A stretch of DNA of 64,000 nt. It comes from Macrostomum lignano (Eukaryota). The stretch lies in contig NIVC01001613.1 in assembly GCA_002269645.1 (NCBI GenBank), positions 56,788 to 120,787 on the forward strand, given 5' to 3'. A program made the translations under genes and the position numbers. Shown here in pieces: positions 39,701 to 51,200 of this stretch. The notes under the pieces were generated by a model. The model saw nothing but the letters and a program-made list of their open reading frames with translations, had not been told where the DNA came from and did no database searches. Within the stretch, counting starts at the first letter, position 1. Each line of letters begins with the position of its first letter.

Positions 39701-41783
39701 GCCTGTCTGCGTGATTCAAGTCTGTCTCTCAGGTTCAGTGTCTGTCTGCTTTGATTGCGAAGGGCGAAAGGCGAGGGAGACAGGGGAGGGTAAAGTGCAA
39801 TGGGAGATAGGAGAGGGTAAAGTGCAATGGGAGATAGGAGAGGGTAAAGTGCAATGGGAGATAGGAGAGGGTAAAGTGCAATGGGAAACAGGGGAGGGTA
39901 AAGGGCAAGGGGAGATAGGTGAGCGTAAAGGGCAAAGGCGGCAGGAGAGGGTAAAGTCTAAGGAAGACAGGGGAGGGTAAAGGCTAAGGGAGACAGAGGA
40001 GGGTAAAGGCTAAGGGAGAAGGGGAGCGTAAGCAGGAGAAAGTATACGCAATACAAAAAAGTGAGCAGAGTTTTATCAGAGCTTCGAAAACTGGTTAATC
40101 TACCAATGAATGCGGTAGGCAGTCATCAATGCAATAAATTTATTTTGCTGTCTGAAGTTACACTCGGCACTCACTTCTTATGAGTGCTGATTTTATTTAG
40201 AGTAGAACACTAACTAGAGAGTAGAAGTGAGAGTAGAACACACTAACTAGAGAGTAGAAGTGAGAGTAGAACACACTAACTAGAGAGTAGAAGTGAGAGT
40301 AGAACACACTAACTAGAGAGTAGAAGTGAGAGTAGAACACACTAACTAGAGAGTAGAAGTGAGAGTAGAACAGACCAGAGGGTAGAGAGAGGCATAACGC
40401 ACAGCGAAGGAAGCTAGAAAACCCCGAAATCAAGAGAGCCAAAGAACTGCGAGTAGAAGAAAAGGTCAGGAATAAAAATCCCCCAAAAGACCGTTGCCGG
40501 CAAACCCAATTATTGACCCAAATCAGAGTTCGCGAGCTCGAGTCCCAGCGCTAGACAATTAGCTAATGACTATGCGATCTTCGGATTAGCTCTAAACTTT
40601 AAGAATCTTCGGTTCTGCATTTCTGCGATTTGCTAATTGCTATAAAAGAAAACCTGATTATTAGGTTTCTGTTGGTCTAATATCTTGAAGCAACGAAGTT
40701 ACCAATTGTACTTTAGATTTTTCCCGGCGAAAGTTTAGAACAAAATTGCATGCAATCGTGCATAATAGTTGTTTTCAAATGTGACAATATTTAAAAAACA
40801 AAAAACAAAAAATGACAAAAGCATTTTTAAAAACACGAAAGGACACACATTTAAACAAATAACAAGACGCAAGAATGGAACACACGGATGGAACTCTTAC
40901 TACATTTAAACAGCATACATAAAAGTGACATTTTATTAGCAACAGATATGATAATGTATACGCATTAAAACAACAACAAACACTATAAATTGAACGCTTT
41001 TAAACAAAAAGAAACGTGATTAAGAAAATAGCAACTACAAAGGAGACAGACGACACGCATTAAAACAACAATAAACACGATGAACTTCACGCGTTAAAAT
41101 AACAAAAAACACGATATGACCATGCATTTTCAAAGAAACGCATAAATAACGCGATAAATAGCACGCATTTAAACAAACGAAATGTACGAGTACTTCAACA
41201 GTATTAAACGCGATAAATGACACGCATTGAAGCAACAAAAACACGTCAGTAAATAGCACGCAATTAAACAAAATAAAACCGCGGAAAACGCATAAATTTA
41301 ATTTTCTAGGACGACAGCAGCGAAGTGAATCAACATCATCAGTGCCCGCAGCTGACTCAGCAGCAGCAGCTTCAAGAAGACGAAAACAAGCAAAACGATC
41401 TGGACAACGAGGCTGACGACGACCAAGGTTTCGCGGACACCGGAGGTGACGGCGGGTCAGCGGGAAGGCGTCCAACCGAGGCGGCCATGTCACGGATGCT
41501 GGTTGAGCAATCTCAACACCGGCAGAGAATATCCCTGAGCCATGAGCGCCGAGCTTTGAGAACTCTCGGCATCATTATGGGAATTTTCATGCTCTGTTGG
41601 CTGCCATTTTTTGTAGTCTACCTGGGCGGAGTCTGGGACCTGCCGGCTCCCAAAGCGGTGTTCGACCTGTTTGTGTGGCTGGGCTATTTGAACTCGGCGC
41701 TGAACCCGGTTATCTACACCATTTTCAATGCGGATTTTCGGAGGGCGTTCGGCCGCCTGCTTCGCTGCAGACGTCCACGTTAA
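36786..41783 (+). CDS. Class A biogenic-amine GPCR, tyramine/octopamine (TyrR1-like) receptor, 2 exons, 396 aa
   Basis: Exons 36786-37502 and 41310-41783 (phase 0). GN in TM1, SLACAD in TM2, TM3 Asp in SDIFFCTAS followed by DRY, TM5 [36 protein letters not shown], and [14 protein letters not shown]. The ligand assignment is inference from similarity to invertebrate Oct/Tyr receptors. Confidence 0.9.
37536..38722. repeat. Two adjacent intronic minisatellites: 19-20-bp (TCTAATCTCAAATCGTCTGA) and 21-bp (CTCGTATATCTAATCTCTAGA)
   Basis: Arrays at 37536-38420 and about 38470-38722. Both units share TCTAATCTC. Confidence 0.95.
39135..40375. repeat. Further small arrays in GPCR intron: ~14-bp (39135-39420), 27-bp (39765-40030), 33-bp (40195-40375)
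   Basis: Units ATAATCTCACCTTG; GGAGAGGGTAAAGTGCAATGGGAGATA; GAGTAGAACACACTAACTAGAGAGTAGAAGTGA. Confidence 0.85.
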
Positions 41784-41974
41784 CTGATGCTTACCCTGAA
41801 TAAGTTTAGAAACTTGAAAACTATTCTTTTATTTCATGTACATACAGAAGTATTATATAAATTAGAGATCCCAGAGTCCCTCTAAACATCCCAAAGTGGA
41901 ATGCCTCTCCTTTCTAGTGATCCTAGAGTCCCTGAGAATCACAAAGTCCCCTTTAGAAGATTCAAACTTCGCCT

Positions 41975-42300
41975 ACAGATCCCAAAGTCAACCTACAGAT
42001 CCCAAAGTCAACCTACAGATCCCAAAGTCAACCTACAGATCCCAAAGTCAACCTACAGATCCCAAAGTCAACCTACAGATCCCAAAGTCAACCTACAGAT
42101 CCCAAAGTCAACCTACAGATCCCAAAGTCAACCTACAGATCCCAAAGTCAACCTACAGATCCCAAAGTCAACCTACAGATCCCAAAGTCAACCTACAGAT
42201 CCCAAAGTCAACCTACAGATCCCAAAGTCAACCTACAGATCCCAAAGTCAACCTACAGATCCCAAAGTCAACCTACAGATCCCAAAGCCCCCCTTACGAT
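41975..42300. repeat. 20-bp minisatellite (CCCAAAGTCAACCTACAGAT) downstream of GPCR stop
   Basis: About 15 near-perfect copies. Confidence 0.97.
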
Positions 42301-42898
42301 TTCAAAGTCCCCTTAGGATTCCAAAGTCAGTCTACAGATCCGTAAGTTTCCCTAAACATCGCAAAGGCACTCTCTATATATCCCAAGCCCTTGCCCTATT
42401 AAAGACCTAATTAAAGTACCTTGAAAAAATTAAAAAATTGTCTGTCCAGTTTAAAAAATTTCCCGAATTATTTTGACGCCTTATAAAATTTTGTTTTGGC
42501 TGTGAGCCCGAAAGATCAAAGGCCTGCATGAGTCTGTTTAAATTTTAACTCATTTTTTTAGGAAAATAGAATTGAATGACGGTTTTAAAAGAAATAATGA
42601 AGAGCAGTATTGAGTTGACATCATTTTAAAAGAGGGCTGAGAGCAAATTTACTTTGCTTTTGTATTTTTAATTAACGTATATTTTTAGAAATTTACTGGT
42701 AAAAATCATTCAATTTGCTTTTTTTCGTCCTATCTGATTAGCTGACAGATCGTTAAAATACAGAATCCTACGCAATGATAGAAGGGTTATTATTTTCAAA
42801 GAATGAAAGTACTTTCCTTAATAAACTACTGAAGAACAGTAGTAAGGAGAAAAAGGTTGCAAAGTTTTGATTACCTTCAAACTAATGAAATAAAGGTT

Positions 42899-43437
<539 letters not shown>

Positions 43438-43928
43438 AAGACGGAACTAAGTCAATAAGTTGAGGCTGTTGCATAAAGCAAGTTTCTTGAAATATGTTGA
43501 CATACATGTAGGTGAAATTTGAATCCAGCACAGCTCTCGCTCGGGGATGGGAAAAACCCAAGTTTTTTTAACCAGACAAGTCGCAACTTTTACACTGATT
43601 AGACAGCCGAACAGAGCTAATATTCATAATTGAATTTAACTTTACTTTGTCCTCGAAAGAAGCAACTCCCAGTCAACCTAAAGATGCGGAACAGACTTGG
43701 AATGCTTGATGGAAAACTACAGTATAACACTGTAGTTTTCCATCATATTGACGTCAACACTGAAGAGAGACTGATCTGATAGGTTGAAAGGCTTCCTCTT
43801 GTAGATGGACGACTCTTGAAATTTCTTAGAGCGTCTCAGAACTGGTTCGGATGCAGAGATGCAGAGAAAGTTACCAGGTTCAGAGTCAGTTTGATAAAGG
43901 CAAGAATTTTTCGATCTGATAAAATATT

Positions 43929-44024
43929 ATGAGACAGGCGCCGCCCAATTCCGTATCCGCTCCTGCAGCAGGAACAGCAGCAATAGTTGGCATTCCGTCT
44001 CAGTCTAGGCAGGTCCTGCAGCCT

Positions 44025-44075
<51 letters not shown>

Positions 44076-44102
44076 CAGCAGCAGCAGCAGCAGCAGCAGC
44101 CT

Positions 44103-44151
<49 letters not shown>

Positions 44152-47100
44152 CACAGAAGCGAGTAGACACACTGAGGTTCTTCGCAGCCAGCACAACTGC
44201 TCATGGTTTTCACAAGCTGAACCATCCAGTCAGAGCCTTCCAGATCGGCTGGCTGATACTCATCGGGTGCGCCTTCGCGGGCTTCAGCGTTCATCTGGTC
44301 ACTCTAGTCGTGAAATATTTAGACGAACCAATTACTACAAAAATTGATCCCAAAGGCAGCAGGTTTCTCTATCCGGACATTACCGTGTGCAACCTGATGA
44401 TGTTCGCCATCAGTAAGATATTCGACCAGCATCTGGTAAACAAGACCCAAAATTCGACAACATCGAAGCCAGTGTTCAGATACACTTTGAATAAGAAATT
44501 TAAACCATTGTACGACGATATTCAACAAGTCAGAGACATTCTAAACAAGAGTGTCCGGCAGTATCTGCTAGATAAGTTCGGCAACTACGAGTCCGATACG
44601 AGCCTGCTCAGGGTTGAAGATGACGGTCTGTACAATCTGCCAAGTGAGTTGCGCTGACTTCGCTGCTCTTCTGCTATAGAGACAAAGGCTAGAGTTCAAA
44701 GGGTGATGCCGCGGAGCACTTCCTTCAATTAGATACTCCCTGTCACCTGAGTCTTTGGGTTCCGATAGTAATTAATTAGCAACGCCCCTGAGTTTTAACA
44801 ATATTAGTTTAAAGTGGAGGTGCACTAAGCAGAATATATTTGTTATAGTCTACGACAAAAAGATTAAGACGAACTTAATTTACTCGACAAAGTTAAAACT
44901 CCCACGATTTAACATCGTGCAGCGTCCTTTTTAATTTAGTTGTCCATTTAGTTGTCCATGACAATAATAATAATATACTAATTGATTACACCTGCCATAA
45001 CGGCAGATGTGCAGCCGACAGCTCAGCCGCAGCTATTGCGCGGCGCATCTGAAGGCTGCGTACGGCTGTTTAGTCCGAAGACTGGGGGGGGGGGGGGGGT
45101 CGCCACACACACCCTCAATCACCCCAGCTAATGCTGGTACCCATTTAATTCCAGTGGGATCCGGAATCGAACCCGCGACTGATGACTCAAGTCGTGAGTC
45201 CGACGCTCTAACCACTAGGCTGCACCACCCTATAGCGACAAAAAAGATGAAGACAAAGTTACTCGACAAAGCTAAAACTCACGATTTTTTACGTCAGCTG
45301 TCGACGAACAAAGCTCATTGTGACAGACATTAAACCCACAGATTTGGTCATCCGAGACACCTACGGCTTGGAGAGAGTCTCCCAGTTCGCCCTCGATCCC
45401 AAAGAGATGCTGCTCTGGTGCTCGTTCGGTTCTCTGGCCTGCGACCACAACGACTTCTCCGCGATGACGCTGACCGCCTATCCATCCTGCCTGACGTTTA
45501 GCCTGGATAAGTTCCGACAACGACGGGGCACTTTGGTGAACGATCTGAACGAATTGCGAATGGTGCTGTTCACTGACTCGGTGAACCGGCATCCAGATAT
45601 CACGGCGGCTTTAGCCAACGCTCCAGGTACGGTTCGAAGATATTTGGGTAGCTCAACGGTAAGGCGTTCGAATCGATCGCGTTTAAGTAAAAATAATACC
45701 TGCAGAACGACTGCGGGCTCACTGGCGCAACGCCTTCGGCGAAATGTTCCCAAAACTAATTCTGAAGCTTGAGAACACTCTCAAGCGTACCTCTCAAGCG
45801 TACGCAGGCACGCACTCATACACGCTCACACAGGGGGTGTGAAACAGACCTGACGTTCTAATCGTCAAGGCATGTACACTGTTTGTGCCTTGGAGATGGC
45901 ATTCGAGGAATCGAACCAGGGGTCGTGCGGCGCGGGAATCGGACACGTTTACCACTGAGAACGTCAATTAGACACCATTCGAATCCTTGAAACAAAGCTT
46001 ATTTCAATTTTTGTAGGCGACGAGTTTAACATGCAGACGAACGGTGGAGCAGCCGTGCTCATTCACCTCCCAGGCACCTATCCAACCAATGGTCTTCTAA
46101 TAGAAGCTTCAAACAATCAGGAAACCATAGTAGACGTTCGTTATCAAAAGTACACGGCCATGAACACTAGGAAGATGCAGTGTCTGGACATGGAAGCCTC
46201 CGGACCGTCGGACACCACAAGCTACATGGTGGTGAAGGATGGCAAGGCAACGCTGGAACAGTTCAAGAAATTGCCAATCGACTGTCGAGTTCGGGCTGCT
46301 CAGGAATACCTTGTGGAAAACTGCGGATTCGTGGATCCAAATAAACCGATTGGATCCGAATTTATCGAACAGCATCGCAGAGGCAACTTGTCGAACTTGT
46401 ACCTGAACTCGTCCAGTCCGGACCCCGGATACATAATCGATCTAGTGAGCGAAGTGTTCAACAGCACCAACCAGAGCAGCAATGGAACTTACCGACTGCC
46501 AACCATTATTGAGAGCCTGTTGGACAATGAGACATGCTTGAGAATGGCTCGCATCCTGGTGACCAACGATACCAGAATGCAGAGCTGCTTAGAGAACTGT
46601 CTCACTAGGACCTACTCAGTAGGCTTCATGTCGAACGCTTGGCCAGTGTCAACCGGCGAGTTTCTCCAGCCGCTGCTCGAACGATGGCTTCAATCCAATG
46701 TGTTCTTTCTCAATGGAACGTCACGATCGGCGCAAACGATCAACACGGACTTCGTCCGAGCGACCAACTGGCATCTGCATCAAGCGTTCAATCGGTTAGA
46801 CGAGAGCCAGGATACCACAGTGGCGCAGAATTTCCTGGCTTTACGAATTCGAGTCGGTGACAGCCTCGGCCTGGGTCTACTCACCGAGGAGAACTGGGGC
46901 TATCAAGTGTACGATCTCATGTCCGATATTGGCGGCATACTGGGACTCTATCTTGGCATGAGCGTGCTCACGCTCTGCGAGATGATCGAACTCTGCCTGA
47001 GGCTGTTCGCGTTCAACTCGATTCTGACTTCTAGGGAGAGATTTATTGAAAATCAGAGACGAGGCTGCCGGCCCGCTGGCGGAGTCCCAGGCGGCCTGGC

Positions 47101-47239
47101 AATGAATGGCGTCAACAGCGGCATGGACTTGGACTTGGACGATGAGGAACCTGAAGGCGTCCGGCAAGCTGATGAGCAGGAGGGCTCGAATCAGCGGAGA
47201 GCAAATGGTTTGGCGAACGGCAGTTATCAGATTGGATAG
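43929..47239 (+). CDS. DEG/ENaC (amiloride-sensitive sodium channel) family subunit, 3 exons, 745 aa
   Basis: Exons 43929-44643, 45327-45626 and 46017-47239, phase-consistent, 2238 nt. STTAHG gating motif, TM1 (IGWLILIGCAFAGFSVHLVTLV), YPDITVCN, EMLLWCSF..C..NDF..YPSCLTF, WP motif, and TM2 LMSDIGGILGLYLGMSVLTLCEMIE with the GxS filter. Confidence 0.9.
44965..45235 (-). mobile_element. tRNA-derived SINE (family 1) in ENaC intron 1
   Basis: On the minus strand: head GGTGGTGCAGCCTAGTGGTTAGAGCG (A box), then GGTTCGATTCC (B box, plus-strand 45163-45173). The body is shared with 25825-25905. (TAT)n tail. Confidence 0.75.
45700..45965 (-). mobile_element. tRNA-derived SINE (family 2) in ENaC intron 2
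   Basis: On the minus strand: CTCAGTGGTAAA (A-box-like) and GGTTCGATTCC (B box). Homologous to 60165-60478 and 58185-58345 (GGCGCAACGCCTTCGG and AGGCATGTACACT blocks). Confidence 0.7.
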
Positions 47240-47590
47240 TGGCAGTTGTCAGATTGGATAGTGGCAGTTGTCAGATTGGATAGTGGCAGTTGTCAGATTG
47301 GATAGTGGCAGTTGTCAGATTGGATAGTGGCAGTTGTCAGATTGGATAGTGGCAGTTGTCAGATTGGATAGTGGCAGTTGTCAGATTGGATAGTGGCAGT
47401 TGTCAGATTGGATAGTGGCAGTTGTCAGATTGGATAGTGGCAGTTGTCAGATTGGATAGTGGCAGTTGTCAGATTGGATAGTGGCAGTTGTCAGATTGGA
47501 TAGTGGCAGTTGTCAGATTGGATAGTGGCAGTTGTCAGATTGGATAGTGGCAGTTGTCAGATTGGATAGCGGCAGTTATCAGATTAGTAG
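47219..47590. repeat. 22-bp minisatellite whose first unit overlaps the ENaC stop codon
   Basis: GGCAGTTGTCAGATTGGATAGT, about 16 copies. The first unit GGCAGTTATCAGATTGGATAG encodes the final GSYQIG*. Confidence 0.95.
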
Positions 47591-48259
47591 TTGGATAGCG
47601 AATTAGCTAGAATAATTAATCTCAAGCACCAACTGCATCTAAAATTGACCTGCAGGTCTTTTGTTGTAAGTAAATTATATTATTACATGCAGTTACATTG
47701 TTGTGTTTGGAAGAACTATTTAAAACTTCATGACAAGTTTTCAGTCTGAAATTTTACAGAACTGATCAAAGTAGAATTATTTTATTTCACAAACGTTTCA
47801 AAAATTTCTTTCAAAATTGAAAATCTTTTCTGGTATTAAGAAATTTGTTTTACGATATTTTACGTTAACAAACTTTAAACGTTAACTTGTAAAACGTGTT
47901 CTTCTTTCTTTGTTTAGAATATTTTTTTGCAGATCAGTTAAATAAATTTGTTAAATTTGTTTTATTTTTGTCGCAGAGAATTTATTGGCTTTTAAAAATA
48001 TGAATGATGGTAATAAATGAATGGATGAAAGCGTGCAGGACTTAATACACATTATATGCAAATATTGTAAATTTACGAACCAAAAAAATCAACGTCAATT
48101 GAAATAATTCGCAATGAATCTATTTTAGTAACACGGTTATAGGAAATAATGAGTTCATTCATAATTTCTATGTCAAAATGAAAAATGTTTCTATGAAAAG
48201 AAACACAATTAAAATCACTTTCAAAGGTCCTTCCAGTATTTATAAACAGACGCAGATTG

Positions 48260-51200
48260 TCAACGACTGAACTGTACTCCTGGCTCCTCCATCTGCAGTG
48301 GGCGGTTTTTGCAGTACAGGTAGATTCCGATGAAGCCCATGCCAACCAGGATGCTGACCAGTAGAATTCCCAACACTGCCAGCACGGTGGCCACCGCTGA
48401 CAAGCCGATGGTGTCGCCCGGGTTGACGCTGTCGTTTCGTTCAATCCAGATTGAGCCATCGGTGTCGTATTGGCCTGAAATTAAAGTAAAGACCGGTGAG
48501 GAACCGGTAAAGACGGGGAGTAACCGGTAAAGACCGGTGAGGAAACGGTAAAGAGCGGTGAGGAACCGGTGAAGACCAATGAGGAACCGGTGAAGACCGG
48601 TGAGGAACCAGAAAAGATCGATAAGGAATCGATAAAGAATGGTGACGAACCGGTAAATACCGGTGATTTTGACACATGCACCATGTAAAGACAGAAAAAT
48701 ATCAGAGTAATTTTTATTACTGAAAATTGAATTTTCGAGTTAATTTTAATTCTTTTTCGAAACAGCTTTCATAAATGATTGTTGGTGAAAAAAATCGACT
48801 ATGATGAAAGTAAAACCGCGAAATCTTCTCTGAGCTATGTGATCTTAACAAAGTGGATTTCTGGCTGTCGAAAAGAAAGATTTATTTACAATTCAAGTAT
48901 CACGAAATCTCTGCATGCAGTGATGACGTGCGTGACCAGCTCGCCTTACCGTTACTCAGGAATAAGTTCGAGTCTTTAACGAAAAATTTAAATTCGGTAA
49001 GAAACGATTTATAGTACGTTTTTTATATAGCTCAAAAATGGTGTACACCAGGCTTACGTCGCTCACACGGTGTACACCAGGCACACGCTCACACAGGGTG
49101 TACACCAGGCACACGCTCACACAGGGTGTACACCAGGCACACGCTCACACAGGGTGTACACCAGGCACACGCTCACACAGAAAGTACACCAGGCACACGC
49201 TCACACAGGGTGTACACCAGGCACACGCTCACACAGGGTGTACACCAGGCACACGCTCACACAGGGTGTACACCAGGCACACGCTCACACAGGGTGTACA
49301 CCAGGCACACGCTCACACAGGGTGTACACCAGGCACACGCTCACACAGAATGTACACCAGGCACACGCTCACACAGGGTGTACACCAGGCACACGCTCAC
49401 ACAGGGTGTACACCAGGCACACGCTCACACAGAATGTACACCAGGCACACGCTCACACAGGGTGTACACCAGGCACACGCTCACACAGGGTGTACACCAG
49501 GCACACGCTCACACAGGGTGTACACCAGGCACACGCTCACACAGGATGTACACCAGGCACACGCTCACACAGGGTGTACACCAGGCACACGCTCACACAG
49601 GGTGTACACCAGGCACACGCTCACACAGGGTGTACACCCGGCAGCGCGCATAGCATTGTAATATTGTAGTTTGTACTACATGTACTTTGCCCATCAAAAG
49701 GTGTCATTATTGCACTCTCATTTCAGTCTTATTCAAATACGAGTACAAACTGTTTCGTTCAAGCAGCAAAATGGTAAACTTAAGTGCAAATAACTCAGTT
49801 CAAAGGCTGATTCACGATTCACCATTTATGGTAAGATAAACTGAACATTATGCACTTGATATGGCTATGCTTGAACTTGATTTGAGCATTGGGCAACTGG
49901 ATTGGAAAACCATGTAACGATTTTGGTAGATATAGATGATAAAACGCGGGAAAGCGGTCACGTGATGAAATTTTTTGTACATAGGGTAAATGTAGCACCG
50001 CACAGGATCAGGTGATAAGTAGCTTGTAACATGGACAATAATCTCATTGCTCCTTTCTAACCTTTGAGCCGCTGCTAATATCCATATAGGTCGCCGGGGT
50101 AAATTGCGTCCTGCGATTTTGCTATTTCAATTTCATTAAATCAGCTACCCTAGCTGGTACAGTTGAGATATTCCTCAGTTACTTTGCTAGGGTTTAATGT
50201 CTGAATTGAGAGCTGGTGAGGGTTTAGATGCCTGCAATGAGAACCGGTGATGGTTTAGATGTCTACATTGAGGACCGGTGAGGGTTTAGATGTCTACATT
50301 GAGGACCGGTGAGGGTTTAGATGTCTACATTGAGGACCGGTGAGGGTTTAGATGTCTACATTGAGGACCGGTGAGGGTTTAGATGTCTACATTGAGGACC
50401 GGTGAGGGTTTAGATGTCTACATTGAGAACCGGTGAGGGTTTAGATGCCTGAACTGAGAACCGGTGAGGGTTTAGATGTCTACATTGAGGACCGGTGAGG
50501 GTTTAGATGTCTACATTGAGGACCGGTGATGGTTTAGATGTCTACATTGAGAACCGGTGAGGGTTTAGATGTCTACATTGAGGACCGGTGAGGGTTTAGA
50601 TGTCTACATTGAGGACCGGTGAGGGTTTAGATGTCTACATTGAGAACCGGTGAGGGTTTAGATGTCTACATTGAGGACCAGCGAGGGTTAAGATGTCTAC
50701 ATTGAGAACCGGTGAGGGTTTAGATGACTACATTGAGAACCGGTGAGGGTTTAGATGTCTACATTGAGGACCGGTGAGGGTTTAGATGTCTACATTGAGA
50801 ACCGGTGAGGGTTTAGATGTCTACATTGAGAACCAGTGAGGGTTTAGATGTCTACATTGAGGACCGGTAAGGGTTTAGATGTCTACATTGAGAACCGGTG
50901 AGGGTTTAGATGCCTGAATTGAGAACCGGTGAGGGTTTAGATGCCTGAATTGAGAACCGGTGAGGGTTTAGATGCCTGAACTGAGAACCGGTGAGGGTTT
51001 AGATGCCTGAACTGAGAACCGGTGAGGGATTAGATGTCTACATTGAGAACCGGTGAGGGTTTAGATGTCTACATTGAGAACCGGTGAGGGTTTAGATGTC
51101 TACATTGAGAACCGGTGAGGGTTTAGATGTCTACATTGAGAACCGGTGAGGGTTTAGATGCCTGAACTGAGAACCGGTGAGGGATTAGATGTCTACATTG

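Noticed and set aside
45033-45235. tRNA genes at 45160-45230, 45900-45965 and 60410-60478
   Set aside because: Only A/B boxes are recognisable, acceptor and anticodon stems are not intact, and each continues into repeated SINE body sequence.
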